Below, piece by piece: positions 1-10,826 of a stretch of DNA of 64,000 bases. Where the stretch lies: NCBI GenBank assembly GCA_021740845.1, contig JAIOYZ010000019.1, positions 8,828 through 72,827 of the forward strand, written 5' to 3'. The translations under genes were made by a program, and so were the position numbers. Below the pieces are notes generated by a model that saw only the letters and a list, made by a program, of their open reading frames with translations, did no database searches and was not told where the DNA came from. How positions within the stretch are numbered: the first letter of the stretch is position 1; each line of letters opens with the position of its first letter. Origin of the DNA: Bacteroidia bacterium (GTDB lineage Bacteria; Bacteroidota; Bacteroidia; UKL13-3).

Positions 1-2191
1 TACCAAAAGAATTTCCGTTTACTTTTATTTCACCCTCTGTTACCATCCCAATTTTTTCAAAAGGCATTTCGGTTTGAACCAAAAGGGCTTCGAAATTTTC
101 AATTTGATTTGCTGCTACAGAAACAACTACCCTACCTTGTGCCTCACCAAATAAGAACGCATCTACACGCAAAGCTTTTGCTTTTTCTGAGTCGATATCA
201 AATGAAAGATTATTAGGCATTGCACTTTCTAATAAACAGGTCATCAAACCACCTTCACTTATATCATGGGCGCTTTGGATCAAACCAGAACCTATTGCTT
301 TTAATACTGTTTGGTGCAACAAATGCTCTTCATCTAAATTAAAATAAGGTGCTGGAGATTGTGCTACTTTTCTAAAATGCGAAAGATAATGTGAGCAACC
401 TAAATCGTTTCTAGATTCACCCATTAGGTAAATAGCATCACCTGCATTTTTAAAATTTAATGTCATATGCTTTTGACCAGCATCCAATAAACCCACCATA
501 CCAATAGTTGGCGTAGGGAAAACTGCATTCTCATCACTGCTTTGGTTATAGAAACTTACATTACCACCTGTAACTGGAGTATCAAATTTCTTACACGCTT
601 CACCCAAACCTTTTATGGCATGTACAAATTGGTAATAAACCTCAGGGTTGTATGGATTACCAAAGTTCAAACAATTGGTTATAGCAGCAGGTTGAGCACC
701 AGAACAAACTAAATTTCTAGCCGCTTCTGAAACCGCAATTTGCCCACCCACAAAAGGGTTGGCATATACATAACGGCTATTGCAATCCACCGTCATGGCA
801 ATTGATTTATCGGTACCTTTTACCTTTACCACAGCAGCATCACTTGGTGCATTTGTAGTTTGGTTAATAGTACCTACCATGCTATCGTATTGGTTATAAA
901 CCCAACGTTTGCTAGCAATATTTGGATGACCCATTAAGTATTTGGCAATTGCTGGAGCCTCAGCCCAAGTGCAATCTTCTACTTGGTTCAAACCGAATTT
1001 TTCTATTTCTTTAAAATATTTAGGCTCAGAATATTCTCTGTGGTAAACAGGAGCACCGCCGCCCAATACCAAACTTTCGCCTGGAATATCTGCACGCAAC
1101 TCGCCGTTCATAAAATATTTAACTCGAGCAGTATCTGTAACCACACCAATTATGGCGTAGGTTAAATCCCATTTCTTGAAAATGGCTTCCACTTCTTCTT
1201 CATGGCCTTTCTTAACAATTACCAACATTCTCTCCTGACTTTCGGAAAGCAATATTTCCCAATCTTTCATTCCAGCCTGACGCATAGGAACCTTATCCAA
1301 CCACACATCCATGCCTGTTCCGCTCTTGGCACTCATTTCACTAGTTGAGCAAGTAATACCTGCTGCACCCATGTCTTGCATGCCAACAACTGCATCGGTT
1401 TGCTCTAGTAATTCAAGACTAGCTTCTAGAATTAATTTCTCCCAGAATGGATCGCCAACTTGCACTGAAGGTAAGTCTTTTGCTGAGTCTTCGGTAATGT
1501 CTTTAGAGGCAAAAGCGGCACCGTGAATTCCGTCTTTACCAGTGGCTGAACCAAAAATATAAACTGGATTACCCAAGCCTTCTGAAATAGCAGAAACAGT
1601 TTTGCCTACCTTAGCAATACCTACACTCATGGCATTTACCAAAGGGTTTATCTGATAGCAATCATCAAAATAAACTTCACCTCCTACTGTTGGAATTCCA
1701 AAAGCATTTCCATAATTGCCAATTCCTTTAACCACACCGCGCACCAACCATTTGGTACGTTCGTTTTCTATGTTTCCAAAACGAAGTGAGTTTAATTGAG
1801 CAATTGGTCGCGCACCCATAGAAAAGATATCGCGGTTAATGCCGCCAACACCGGTAGCTGCACCTTGGTAAGGTTCTATAGCACTTGGGTGGTTGTGAGA
1901 TTCAATTTTAAAACAACAAGCCAAACCATCGCCAATATCAATTAAGCCGGCATTTTCTTCACCAGCTTTGGCCAACATCTTCTCCCCTTCTTTGGGTAAA
2001 GTTTTTAGCCAAACTATAGAATTTTTATACGAACAATGCTCGCTCCACATTACAGAATACACGCTCATTTCGGTAAAAGTTGGGGTACGACCCAAAATTT
2101 CCTTTATTTTTTCAAATTCGTCTTCGCGTAATCCTAGTTGTTTCGCTTGCTCTACGGTGGCCAAAATGCCTATGGGTTGTGACTGACTCAT
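1..2191 (-). CDS. purL: Phosphoribosylformylglycinamidine synthase subunit PurL (small type), 3' end runs off the window
   Basis: Not in the ORF track because the stop is outside the window. Minus-strand translation from ATG at 2191 gives MSQSQPIG...MWSEHCSYKNS...GEENAG...KIESHNHPSAIEPYQGAATGVGGINRDIFSMGARP, the PurL signature motifs. Confidence 0.95.
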   Translation of the reverse strand, partial: MSQSQPIGILATVEQAKQLGLREDEFEKIKEILGRTPTFTEMSVYSVMWSEHCSYKNSIVWLKTLPKEGEKMLAKAGEENAGLIDIGDGLACCFKIESHNHPSAIEPYQGAATGVGGINRDIFSMGARPIAQLNSLRFGNIENERTKWLVRGVVKGIGNYGNAFGIPTVGGEVYFDDCYQINPLVNAMSVGIAKVGKTVSAISEGLGNPVYIFGSATGKDGIHGAAFASKDITEDSAKDLPSVQVGDPFWEKLILEASLELLEQTDAVVGMQDMGAAGITCSTSEMSAKSGTGMDVWLDKVPMRQAGMKDWEILLSESQERMLVIVKKGHEEEVEAIFKKWDLTYAIIGVVTDTARVKYFMNGELRADIPGESLVLGGGAPVYHREYSEPKYFKEIEKFGLNQVEDCTWAEAPAIAKYLMGHPNIASKRWVYNQYDSMVGTINQTTNAPSDAAVVKVKGTDKSIAMTVDCNSRYVYANPFVGGQIAVSEAARNLVCSGAQPAAITNCLNFGNPYNPEVYYQFVHAIKGLGEACKKFDTPVTGGNVSFYNQSSDENAVFPTPTIGMVGLLDAGQKHMTLNFKNAGDAIYLMGESRNDLGCSHYLSHFRKVAQSPAPYFNLDEEHLLHQTVLKAIGSGLIQSAHDISEGGLMTCLLESAMPNNLSFDIDSEKAKALRVDAFLFGEAQGRVVVSVAANQIENFEALLVQTEMPFEKIGMVTEGEIKVNGNSFG

Positions 2192-2300
2192 GGTAATTTT
2201 TAGAAAGCGCAAATTTGCGCATTTGTTAGGGGAAAGCCAAAATTTGGGGAGAAATAAATGGAGCTGAATTCAAAATAAAATGGAAAGTTTGGCAAGCCCT

Positions 2301-3956
2301 TTAAACAAAGAGTTTCCAATATGATTTCACCTTAAGCAATAGCAAATGAACCTTTGCTTCCTGCTCGCCTTTTAGTTGATAAGCATCCAAAACTTGGACT
2401 AACTCTTTTTCAGATAATTTTTCAAAAGCACCCAAAGCATCTAGCATAACTAATAAGCGGTTCAAAAAACTGTCTGAACCCAATTTCCTTTTAGTGAATT
2501 TTTTGAATTTTATCTGAGCTGAGTTTAAAGCCAATAATCTGTTGCCATTAAAATTTTTAGCTACGTGATTACTAATTTTATCGGAGATAGGAAGCAAAGG
2601 AATAAAGGATTTTGTATTGCCTTCTGCCTGCCAATAAATATCTGCATCAGCCAGTTTTACCAAGGTTTTGGCAGGAGTTCTATAGCCTTTTTCAGTTATC
2701 ATTTTCTCCATTTCCAATTCTGCCAATTTTGCTAATTTATCATTCATAGGTCTGAACCTAAGCTTATAATAAAACCAGAAGGCACCAGATTTTATTCCAT
2801 CGGAATTCCCTTTACCAATTTGATAAGTATCAACTGTAAATTGTTGAATTTGAAAACGGGAACGGTATAATCTTATTAATTGAGCAATAACCAAATTAGA
2901 CTCACCACCACGGTATGGAGGCAAAACATTTACCCCAAAAGCTGCTTGAAATCCAAGTAACCAACAACCACCATAAGCCATTGGCAAACCGTTTTTGAAA
3001 AGCAAATAACCCACATAAGATTGAAGTGAAAATTTTTGTTCGGGAATCATGTAAAACAAGGCAATGGAAATTCCTTTGCCCATATCAAACAACTCTGTTT
3101 CGGGAATTTGTGCGTATGTAAACGTATCTGTCTCACGCATTAAGGAAGCCATAGAACCTCTGGCCAAACGAACCAAATGCGCTTGTTGCTCCAAGCTTAA
3201 TTTAATTTGCTTAGGTTTTCCTAGCTCCCAAACCTCTTCTAAAGTGCTTTTCTTTTGAATTCCTTTATCATGAATATAAACTGAACTTTGGTTCAACCTG
3301 CCCAAACTTAAACCCAATAATTTTTCATCTAAACTAAATTGTGTAAACAATTGAAAACCCGCAAATAGATTTTCGCGGTAGGATATAGAACCTGTCATTT
3401 GCATGCAAGCCTGAATATAATAATCGAGCTGTTTTTGAGAATCTTTTATTCCTGGCAAATAGCGTTTTTGCCATTTAGAAAAATATCCCGCATCGCCAGG
3501 CATGAGCTCTTGTTCCACATCACTGAGAGTATAAGTTAGCTTAGCTACCAAATCAGAATTTTCGCCATCTACACCAGAAAGTTCAATGGTTTTTAGGTCT
3601 TCTTGCAACAAATATTGGTTCAACAATAACCCAAATTGGCCACAGATAAGAGAGCCGGTAATTCCAGAATTATAGAATGCGTTTTCATCTTTAGCAACTT
3701 TATTTTTTACGGTTTGAACCAAAAGTTGCATGACTTGATTTGCCAAATCATAAACCTTATTTGATGCTGGATATGCCATTGAGAATAGCAAAGCCTCATG
3801 TAATTGGATGATTTGCTTTTCGATTTGAGGAAAATGAATCAACAGATTTGCTAAAGCCTTTTCCGTTCTTTGAATGGCATCTTTTTCAAATAACCTTTGA
3901 TTTTGAATAAAAGTAGAAAACGAATCGCTTTCTAATTGGGTGCTTAAATTGGTCAT
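2301..3956 (-). CDS. Hypothetical protein with a possible GNAT-like C-terminal region
   Basis: Long ORF (track 2301..3995; ATG at 3956 preferred). Motifs NVLPPYRGGES and AFWFYYKLRFRP resemble GNAT motifs A and B. Confidence 0.6.
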   Translation of the reverse strand: MTNLSTQLESDSFSTFIQNQRLFEKDAIQRTEKALANLLIHFPQIEKQIIQLHEALLFSMAYPASNKVYDLANQVMQLLVQTVKNKVAKDENAFYNSGITGSLICGQFGLLLNQYLLQEDLKTIELSGVDGENSDLVAKLTYTLSDVEQELMPGDAGYFSKWQKRYLPGIKDSQKQLDYYIQACMQMTGSISYRENLFAGFQLFTQFSLDEKLLGLSLGRLNQSSVYIHDKGIQKKSTLEEVWELGKPKQIKLSLEQQAHLVRLARGSMASLMRETDTFTYAQIPETELFDMGKGISIALFYMIPEQKFSLQSYVGYLLFKNGLPMAYGGCWLLGFQAAFGVNVLPPYRGGESNLVIAQLIRLYRSRFQIQQFTVDTYQIGKGNSDGIKSGAFWFYYKLRFRPMNDKLAKLAELEMEKMITEKGYRTPAKTLVKLADADIYWQAEGNTKSFIPLLPISDKISNHVAKNFNGNRLLALNSAQIKFKKFTKRKLGSDSFLNRLLVMLDALGAFEKLSEKELVQVLDAYQLKGEQEAKVHLLLLKVKSYWKLFV

Positions 3957-4157
3957 GGTAAGTTTTACATAGCCAGCAGAATTGCCTAGGGCCAAAGTAA
4001 AAAATTAAGTTCAATTTATTTATGACCTTAACACCAAAGATGAAAATAATAATTTGCCTCAAATAATGAATCCAGAAAATGGAATAATTAGGGCAATTAG
4101 TTAAAGGCAGATTCCTTTGAAAAATGTTTTTGGTTCAAACCGAATTTTAAAAAAAAC

Positions 4158-6206
4158 TTAGTTATCTAAAAGCTCTTTTAGCTTAGCACTTACCTTGGAT
4201 GCATTAGGCAAAATCTCTGCTTCCAAGCCCATATTCATTGGCACAGCAGGTACATTTTTTGCACCTAAAGTAGCTACTGGACCATCCAAAGAAGTAAAGC
4301 ATTGTTGCATAATTCTTGCAGCCAAAGATTCCGCAAAAGAGTTATTTAATGCCTCTTCTGTTAAGACCAAACATTTACCATGTTTGCGCACAGCGGCCAT
4401 CACTGCCTCTTCATCTAAAGGCAATAAAGTTCTTAAATCCAATATTTCTACTCTACCCGGAAAATCTTTTGCAGCCGCTAAAGTCCAATAAACCCCCATG
4501 CCATAGGTAACCACCACACACGATTCGCCATTATCTATTGCATCCTCGCTGGCAACTAAAACAGAATTGGCTTTACCAAAAGGCAAGATATAATCTTCAT
4601 CAGGTTCAACGCAACGAGCCAATTCTGTTCCTGGATTCTTACTCCAATAAAGACCTTTGTGCTCCAGCATAATACAAGGGTTGCCATCGTAATAGGCCGC
4701 TTTCATTAAACCTTTCATATCGGCAGCATTACTTGGGTAGGCTATTTTGATTCCTTTTAAAGTTAACAAAGTGGATTCTATACTACCACTGTGATAAGGA
4801 CCACCGCCACCGTAAGCACCAATTGGAATTCTTATCACAGCACTTACTGGATATTTTCCCATTGTTAAATAAGATGATTTGGTAATTTCACAAACCAATT
4901 GGTTCATGCCTGTCCAAACGTAATCTGCAAACTGAATTTCTACAATAGGTTTTGCACCCACAGCACTCATACCAGCAGTAGAACCTACGATATATGCTTC
5001 TTGAATTGGAGTATTAAAAACTCTATCGTCGCCATATTTTACGGCAAGAGTTGCTGCTTCTCTAAATACACCACCCAACCTTGCACCTACATCTTGACCA
5101 TAGAACAAACATTCTGGATGTTTGGCCAATAATTCATCCACAGCATGTAAGGCCGCATCCACCATTACCACAGGCTCTTTGCCTGCAGGTACTCTAGTTC
5201 CAACCTCTTCAGTTGCTCCACTTGGTGCGTATACAAAATCTTCAGCAGTTGAAGGATCTGGGTCTGGAGAAGCAACAGCCAATTTAAATTGTTGGGCTAC
5301 TTTATCGGTTTCAATTTCGTCTATCTCTTTTAATTCATCTTCGCTAATTCCAATGCTCAATAAATGATCGTGCAATTTAGGAAGCGGCTCATCTTTTAAA
5401 TGTTTGGCCATGTCTTCATCTGTTCGGTACCACTCTTTACGTACCCCAGAAGTATGGTGACCTAACAAAGGAACTTTTGCATGCAATAAAATTGGAGATC
5501 TTGTTTCACGTACATAATCGATGCACTGCAAAACGGCATTCCATGATTTTAGGAAATCACTTCCATCAACACGCATGCGTTGCAACCCTTTAAAACCTGC
5601 CGCATATTCGTAGGCATCCATGGCACGCATTTCTGCACCGTTTGCGCTAATTCCCCAATCGTTATCTTGAATTAAATAAATGATGGGCAACTTTTTAAGT
5701 ACAGCCATTTGCCATGCCTCTGCAACTTCACCTTCGGTAACAGAACCATCGCCTAAGCTACAAACTACTACTGGTTTTTCTTCTGGATCAATTAAACCTT
5801 GGCTTTCTAAATAAGCCACACCATGAGCCATTCCGGTGGCAGGAATTGCCTGCATACCTGTTGCACTACTCGAATGCAACATGCGTACAAAACCCTCTCT
5901 TTTTAAGTTGGGATGACCATAATAGGTTCTACCACCAGAAAAAGGATCTTCGGCTTTTGCTAGTAATTGAAGCATTAATTCATAGGGGCTCATTCCCATA
6001 CCCAATAACATGCTCTCATCTCTGTAATAAGGAGCTGCGAAATCGGAACCAGTAAGTTGCATTCCCATAGCCAATTGAATGGCCTCATGACCCCGGCTGG
6101 TGGAATGTACATATTTGGTAATAGGGCGATTGGCGTCGTAAATATTAGCCATGGCTCTGGCAGAACACATGTGCGCGTAGGCTTCTAAAAGAATTGCTTT
6201 GTCCAT
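4158..6206 (-). CDS. 2-oxoacid (probably branched-chain) dehydrogenase E1, fused alpha and beta subunits
   Basis: ThDP motif GDGSVTEGE...DNDWGIS; beta part GQDVG..LGGVFR, RVFNTPIQE, EIQFADY, GGPYHS, LDLRTLLPLD. Confidence 0.9.
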   Translation of the reverse strand: MDKAILLEAYAHMCSARAMANIYDANRPITKYVHSTSRGHEAIQLAMGMQLTGSDFAAPYYRDESMLLGMGMSPYELMLQLLAKAEDPFSGGRTYYGHPNLKREGFVRMLHSSSATGMQAIPATGMAHGVAYLESQGLIDPEEKPVVVCSLGDGSVTEGEVAEAWQMAVLKKLPIIYLIQDNDWGISANGAEMRAMDAYEYAAGFKGLQRMRVDGSDFLKSWNAVLQCIDYVRETRSPILLHAKVPLLGHHTSGVRKEWYRTDEDMAKHLKDEPLPKLHDHLLSIGISEDELKEIDEIETDKVAQQFKLAVASPDPDPSTAEDFVYAPSGATEEVGTRVPAGKEPVVMVDAALHAVDELLAKHPECLFYGQDVGARLGGVFREAATLAVKYGDDRVFNTPIQEAYIVGSTAGMSAVGAKPIVEIQFADYVWTGMNQLVCEITKSSYLTMGKYPVSAVIRIPIGAYGGGGPYHSGSIESTLLTLKGIKIAYPSNAADMKGLMKAAYYDGNPCIMLEHKGLYWSKNPGTELARCVEPDEDYILPFGKANSVLVASEDAIDNGESCVVVTYGMGVYWTLAAAKDFPGRVEILDLRTLLPLDEEAVMAAVRKHGKCLVLTEEALNNSFAESLAARIMQQCFTSLDGPVATLGAKNVPAVPMNMGLEAEILPNASKVSAKLKELLDN

Positions 6207-6366
6207 ATAAGGTGTGCAAGTTTAATTAAATTCTCTCAAAACTAATCCTGTATTTATCCTCATTGGGTTAGTTTTAAACAGTTTTTAATCTCATATCCAG
6301 TTAATTAATTACCAAAAGAAATATTTTGGTTCAAAAAAACCAATGTGATTTTAGTATTCTTGCTGC

Positions 6367-7230
6367 ATGAAACCTAGCGAAAAAATTTTCTCTAAAATTG
6401 GTATTGCAATTGCATTTTCACCAAGGTGTGAAGCCTTATTGGCTGAGGCAAAGCACTTGCAAAATTGTTTTCAATCGCAGCTCTATTTTATTCATGTTGG
6501 AAAAAACAGTTTACAAGAAACCCAATACCTCAAACTTTTAATGCATCGGTTTCATTTAGACGACCCAAGCAACAAAATTGTATGGAGGGAAGGCGATCCA
6601 GTTACTGAAATATTAGAAATTTGTTTAGAAGAAAAAATAGATTTGTTGGTAGCTGGAGCTTTAGAAAAAGAATCGATATTAAAATATATTTTAGGAGGAG
6701 TAGCAAGGCAATTAAGTAGAAAAATAAAATGCAGCATGCTTATGCTTACTGAACCAAGTCTTCATCCTATCGGATTCAAAAAATTGGTTGTTGAAGGAAC
6801 GGATCATCCAAAAACCGAAAACACAATTAGCATTGCCTTGGAAATTGCAAAGGTTTATGAATCAGAATCGGTGGCGGTAATTCAAGAAACCAACTTGCAG
6901 AAAATGGCATTAATACGCAATGAGGAATTAATGGAAAAGGAAACAGAGGGACTTAAAGAATCTTTTGAAAAGGAGGAGTTGCAAAAATTAGATTCCATTT
7001 TAAACTGCAAAGATTGCGGCAACTTAAACATTCATACAGAAAGAATAGAAGGAAAGCCTGGCTTTGTAATTAATACCTATGCAAGGGAAAATCAAGCAGA
7101 TTTATTGGTAATAAATGGGCCAGATAAACCCTTAAATTTATTGGACAGAGTATTTCCTCACGACATAGAATATCTTTTATCTGACTTGCCTTGTAATTTA
7201 TTAATTATCCATTCCAAGGATACAGAATAA
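6367..7230 (+). CDS. Universal stress protein (tandem USP domains)
   Basis: GDPVTEIL...DLLVAGA...ILGGVARQLSRKIKCSML and GKPGFVI...ADLLVI...LPCNLLII. Confidence 0.85.
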   Translation: MKPSEKIFSKIGIAIAFSPRCEALLAEAKHLQNCFQSQLYFIHVGKNSLQETQYLKLLMHRFHLDDPSNKIVWREGDPVTEILEICLEEKIDLLVAGALEKESILKYILGGVARQLSRKIKCSMLMLTEPSLHPIGFKKLVVEGTDHPKTENTISIALEIAKVYESESVAVIQETNLQKMALIRNEELMEKETEGLKESFEKEELQKLDSILNCKDCGNLNIHTERIEGKPGFVINTYARENQADLLVINGPDKPLNLLDRVFPHDIEYLLSDLPCNLLIIHSKDTE

Positions 7231-7232
7231 TA

Positions 7233-8492
7233 ATGGCAGTATTAAATAGGATTGAAACCATTTACCTGTTGCTAAGTTTGGGCACAATGCTGATTGCAGC
7301 CCGGATGTTTGGCGAATTTTTCAGGAAATTTAAAATGCCATTAGTGGTGGGAGAATTAATAGCGGGAGTGGTATTGGGTCCAACTATATTAGGATATTAT
7401 TTGCCAGAGGTAAGTGAAGTAATTTATACTCAAAATCCACACTCTACCTTAGCACTCAGTGGAATTATTAATGTATCTATTGTGATGTTACTTTTTGTGG
7501 CAGGGATGGAGTTGAACTTATCCTTAATTAGGCAACAAGGAAAAGCTGCACTTTCTACAAGTTTATTTGGATTGGTAATACCCTTTGGATTAGGATTTTT
7601 AAGCGCCTTTTTTGCCTATGAATGGTTTGGAAGTAATAGTTCAGATAAACTAGTATTTTCTTTATTTATTGGTACATCCATGGCTATTTCTGCATTGCCA
7701 GTAATTGCCAGAACGCTAATTGATTTAGATTTGTTTAGAACCAAAATTGGAAGTATCATTATAACATCAGCCATGTTTAATGATTTAATTGGATGGTTCT
7801 TATTTTCCATCATAATTGGGATGCTAAAAGGTAGTGCTAACCATAGTGTTTTGTATACTTCTTTATTTACCTTGGGCTATGCGGCGATAATGTTAACTGT
7901 GGGGCGAATTTTTATTAATAAATCATTGCCCTGGGCAGAGAAAAATTTCACCTGGCCAGGTGGATTTCTTAGTTTATCTTTAGGATTAGCATTTTTGGGA
8001 GCTGCCTTTACTGAATACATTGGATTACATGCCATATTTGGAGCCTTCATTATAGGTATTGCCATTGGCGACTCGGTTCATGTTAAAGAAAAAACCAAGG
8101 ATATGGTGAACCAATTTGTAAGCAATATTTTTGCACCCTTCTTTTTTGTTTCTATTGGTTTCAAGGTAAACTTTATTGCCCACTTCAACCTTGGAATTAC
8201 AGCACTTATTCTATTGCTTGCTATGGTTGGGAAAATTTATGGCGCTTATTTAGGCGGCAGAATTGGCGGCCTCGACAAAAAAGAATCATTGGCAGTGGGA
8301 TTTGGATTAAATGCTCGAGGAGCAATGGAAATTATTCTTGCATCATTGGCCTTACAAGCAAAATTAATTGGGGAAGAGGTATTTGTTGCTATTGTAATAA
8401 TGGCCGTATTAACAAGTGTTTTGGCTGGACCAATGCTCAATTATTTAATTAAAGGAAAGATTTTACCAGATATCTCAAATTCAAATTCTTGA
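7233..8492 (+). CDS. Cation:proton antiporter (CPA2 family)
   Basis: Polytopic membrane protein; VVGELIAGVVLGP, ISALPVIAR, FND, LHAIFGAF, GLNARGAME. Confidence 0.9.
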   Translation: MAVLNRIETIYLLLSLGTMLIAARMFGEFFRKFKMPLVVGELIAGVVLGPTILGYYLPEVSEVIYTQNPHSTLALSGIINVSIVMLLFVAGMELNLSLIRQQGKAALSTSLFGLVIPFGLGFLSAFFAYEWFGSNSSDKLVFSLFIGTSMAISALPVIARTLIDLDLFRTKIGSIIITSAMFNDLIGWFLFSIIIGMLKGSANHSVLYTSLFTLGYAAIMLTVGRIFINKSLPWAEKNFTWPGGFLSLSLGLAFLGAAFTEYIGLHAIFGAFIIGIAIGDSVHVKEKTKDMVNQFVSNIFAPFFFVSIGFKVNFIAHFNLGITALILLLAMVGKIYGAYLGGRIGGLDKKESLAVGFGLNARGAMEIILASLALQAKLIGEEVFVAIVIMAVLTSVLAGPMLNYLIKGKILPDISNSNS

Positions 8493-8507
8493 TTATTTTT
8501 GCGGCTT

Positions 8508-9182
8508 ATGGCAAAAGATAAGTTACGCAGGTTCGCAGAATTTTTAGAATTCCCCAATTGTTTTGATTATCCAAAAGAATTGAAGGGGAAATGGAATTCT
8601 GAGTATTTTAAAAATAATAATCCAATTGTGCTTGAATTGGCATGTGGCAAAGGAGAATATACTGTAAACTTAGCGGAAGCCTTTCCAGAAAAGAATTTTA
8701 TTGGCATTGATATTAAATCTAATAGAATGTGGGTAGGCGCAAGAATGGCACTTAATGCTGGAAGAAAAAATGTTGCCTTTGCCAGATTGATTATTGAAAA
8801 ATTGGAAGAACATTTTGAGAAAGGTGAAGTGAGTGAAATTTGGATTACGTTTCCAGACCCATTTCCAAAAGATAGACACGAAAAACACCGTCTAACACAT
8901 CCTAGATTCTTGAAAGTATACAAAGAGGTTATTGCAGAAAAAGGCCTAATGCATTTTAAAACCGACGACGATGGCTTATTTACCTATACCGAAGAGTTAT
9001 TTGCACAACTTGGCATTAAACCCATAGAATTGGTAAGAGATGTGCACGGCACTGAGGAGGCCGATGCTTATGTTAGAAACATCACAACTCATTACGAGAA
9101 GCTATTTAGAGGCAGAGGAAGAACTATTAAGTATATGAAATTTATTTTGCCAGATCAATTACCTGAACTCAATAAAGCTTGA
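8508..9182 (+). CDS. trmB: tRNA (guanine-N7)-methyltransferase
   Basis: LELACGKGEY, NFIGIDIK, FPDPFPK..H.KHRL, FKTD, T.YE motifs; ATG at 8508 preferred. Confidence 0.95.
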   Translation: MAKDKLRRFAEFLEFPNCFDYPKELKGKWNSEYFKNNNPIVLELACGKGEYTVNLAEAFPEKNFIGIDIKSNRMWVGARMALNAGRKNVAFARLIIEKLEEHFEKGEVSEIWITFPDPFPKDRHEKHRLTHPRFLKVYKEVIAEKGLMHFKTDDDGLFTYTEELFAQLGIKPIELVRDVHGTEEADAYVRNITTHYEKLFRGRGRTIKYMKFILPDQLPELNKA

Positions 9183-10774
9183 TTTTCACCGATTTTTTTG
9201 ATGGCCAATTGCAAGGCTCTATCTTCCTTTTGAATTACTGCATAATACCCTTGGTCTCGCCAAATTTGACGTGCAACTAATGCCTTAATTTGCAGTTTTA
9301 TAAATTTAGAGGAACGTTCATTTTCTTGGTTTGTTGGCGGAGTTAAACCATTTTTTACTACAAATGATACAAACTGATTGTAGGCAGTTTCGTTTATTTG
9401 ATAAGCATCAGCATAGACTTTTAAACTAGGAATGGAAGTAATAGATTTTCTGTTTTGATCCAAATATTCGTAGGCAAATTTTCCTATTAATCCATTACTA
9501 ACCACATTAGTTAGAAAGTAAGTATTAAAGGTAGTATCGATAGGAACTTGATAATCTGGCAGGATGCCACCACCAGCATAAACAGTTCTATTTAAGCGAA
9601 GAGTATGGTAAATGGTTGAATCAAAAATAATGGCTCTTGAATCGCTTTCTAATTCTCCATTCTCATAACGATTTAAGATATCATGACTATATTTATCCTT
9701 ATCAGAATAATCTTTTTGTATACACCTACCACTTGGAGTATAATACCTAGAAACTGTTAACCTCAAAGCAGAACCATCGCTTAGTTCGTAGGGTTCTTGA
9801 ACCAGGCCTTTTCCGAAACTCCTTCTTCCAATTACCATACCTCTGTCCCAATCTTGTATAGCACCACTTACAATTTCACTAGCAGAGGCTGAACCTTCAT
9901 CAATTAAAACAATCAATTTACCCTCTTCAAAAACTCCCAACCTTTCACTTCTATATTCTGCTCTTGGTTTTGTTCTACCTTGGGTATAAACAATTAATTT
10001 ATTATCGGGAAGTAACTCATCAACCAATTGAATTGCGGTGCTTAAATAACCACCAGGATTGCCGCGTAAATCAAGAACTAAATTCTTTACATTTTCTGCT
10101 TTCAATTCATCAAATGCTTTTAAAAATTCTTCATGAGTGTTTTCAGCAAAACGACTAATTTTAATATAACCAGTTTCGCGGTTTAGCATGCGCCAAGCAT
10201 CAACACTAAAGATGGGAATTGTACCTCTTCTAATTGGAAATACAATAGGTTTTGTGGCTGATGGTCTAAATACAGTTACGTCAACTTTTGAACCACCTTT
10301 TCCTCTTAATAATTTAAAAACACGCTCGCTGGTTATTCCATTTCCTGCAACGTTAATGGTATCCACTTTTATAATTCTATCACCTGGTAAAACACCTAAT
10401 TCTTGTGCAGGACCGCCGTTAATGGCAGAAACCACCATAATGGTATCGTTGATAATATTGAACTCAACACCAATTCCTTCAAAATTACCTTCCAATTGTT
10501 CATTGGCAACCTGCAAATCGGATGCAGGAATATAAACCGAATGAGGATCTAAGTTGCTCAATAATTCGTTTATTGTTTGTTCTTCTAAGGCATCCATTTC
10601 AACTGTATCAACATAAGATTGATTGATAATGGATAATAATTCAGAAAATTTATTGTTACCACCCATGAAAGTTTGAATGGAAGTAGCTGGCCTTAAAAAA
10701 ATTCCGAGCATTAAGCCCAAACTTAAAATGAGAGCATAAATAAATGGCTGCCACTTATTGAAATTATTTGACAT
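9155..10774 (-). CDS. S41 family C-terminal processing peptidase (PDZ plus catalytic domain)
   Basis: LDPHS, FEGIG, DLRGNPGG, SASASEIVSGAIQD, SFGKGLVQ, RYYTPSGR. Confidence 0.93.
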   Translation of the reverse strand: MSNNFNKWQPFIYALILSLGLMLGIFLRPATSIQTFMGGNNKFSELLSIINQSYVDTVEMDALEEQTINELLSNLDPHSVYIPASDLQVANEQLEGNFEGIGVEFNIINDTIMVVSAINGGPAQELGVLPGDRIIKVDTINVAGNGITSERVFKLLRGKGGSKVDVTVFRPSATKPIVFPIRRGTIPIFSVDAWRMLNRETGYIKISRFAENTHEEFLKAFDELKAENVKNLVLDLRGNPGGYLSTAIQLVDELLPDNKLIVYTQGRTKPRAEYRSERLGVFEEGKLIVLIDEGSASASEIVSGAIQDWDRGMVIGRRSFGKGLVQEPYELSDGSALRLTVSRYYTPSGRCIQKDYSDKDKYSHDILNRYENGELESDSRAIIFDSTIYHTLRLNRTVYAGGGILPDYQVPIDTTFNTYFLTNVVSNGLIGKFAYEYLDQNRKSITSIPSLKVYADAYQINETAYNQFVSFVVKNGLTPPTNQENERSSKFIKLQIKALVARQIWRDQGYYAVIQKEDRALQLAIKKIGENQALLSSGN

Positions 10775-10826
10775 ATTTTTGAATTCCTATTGGGCAAATA
10801 TAAGGTCCCATGCTTTATATAAATCT

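Noticed and set aside
983-2186. Short plus-strand ORFs in the track (and similar antisense ORFs elsewhere)
   Set aside because: Antisense or out-of-frame shadows of purL and other well-supported genes.
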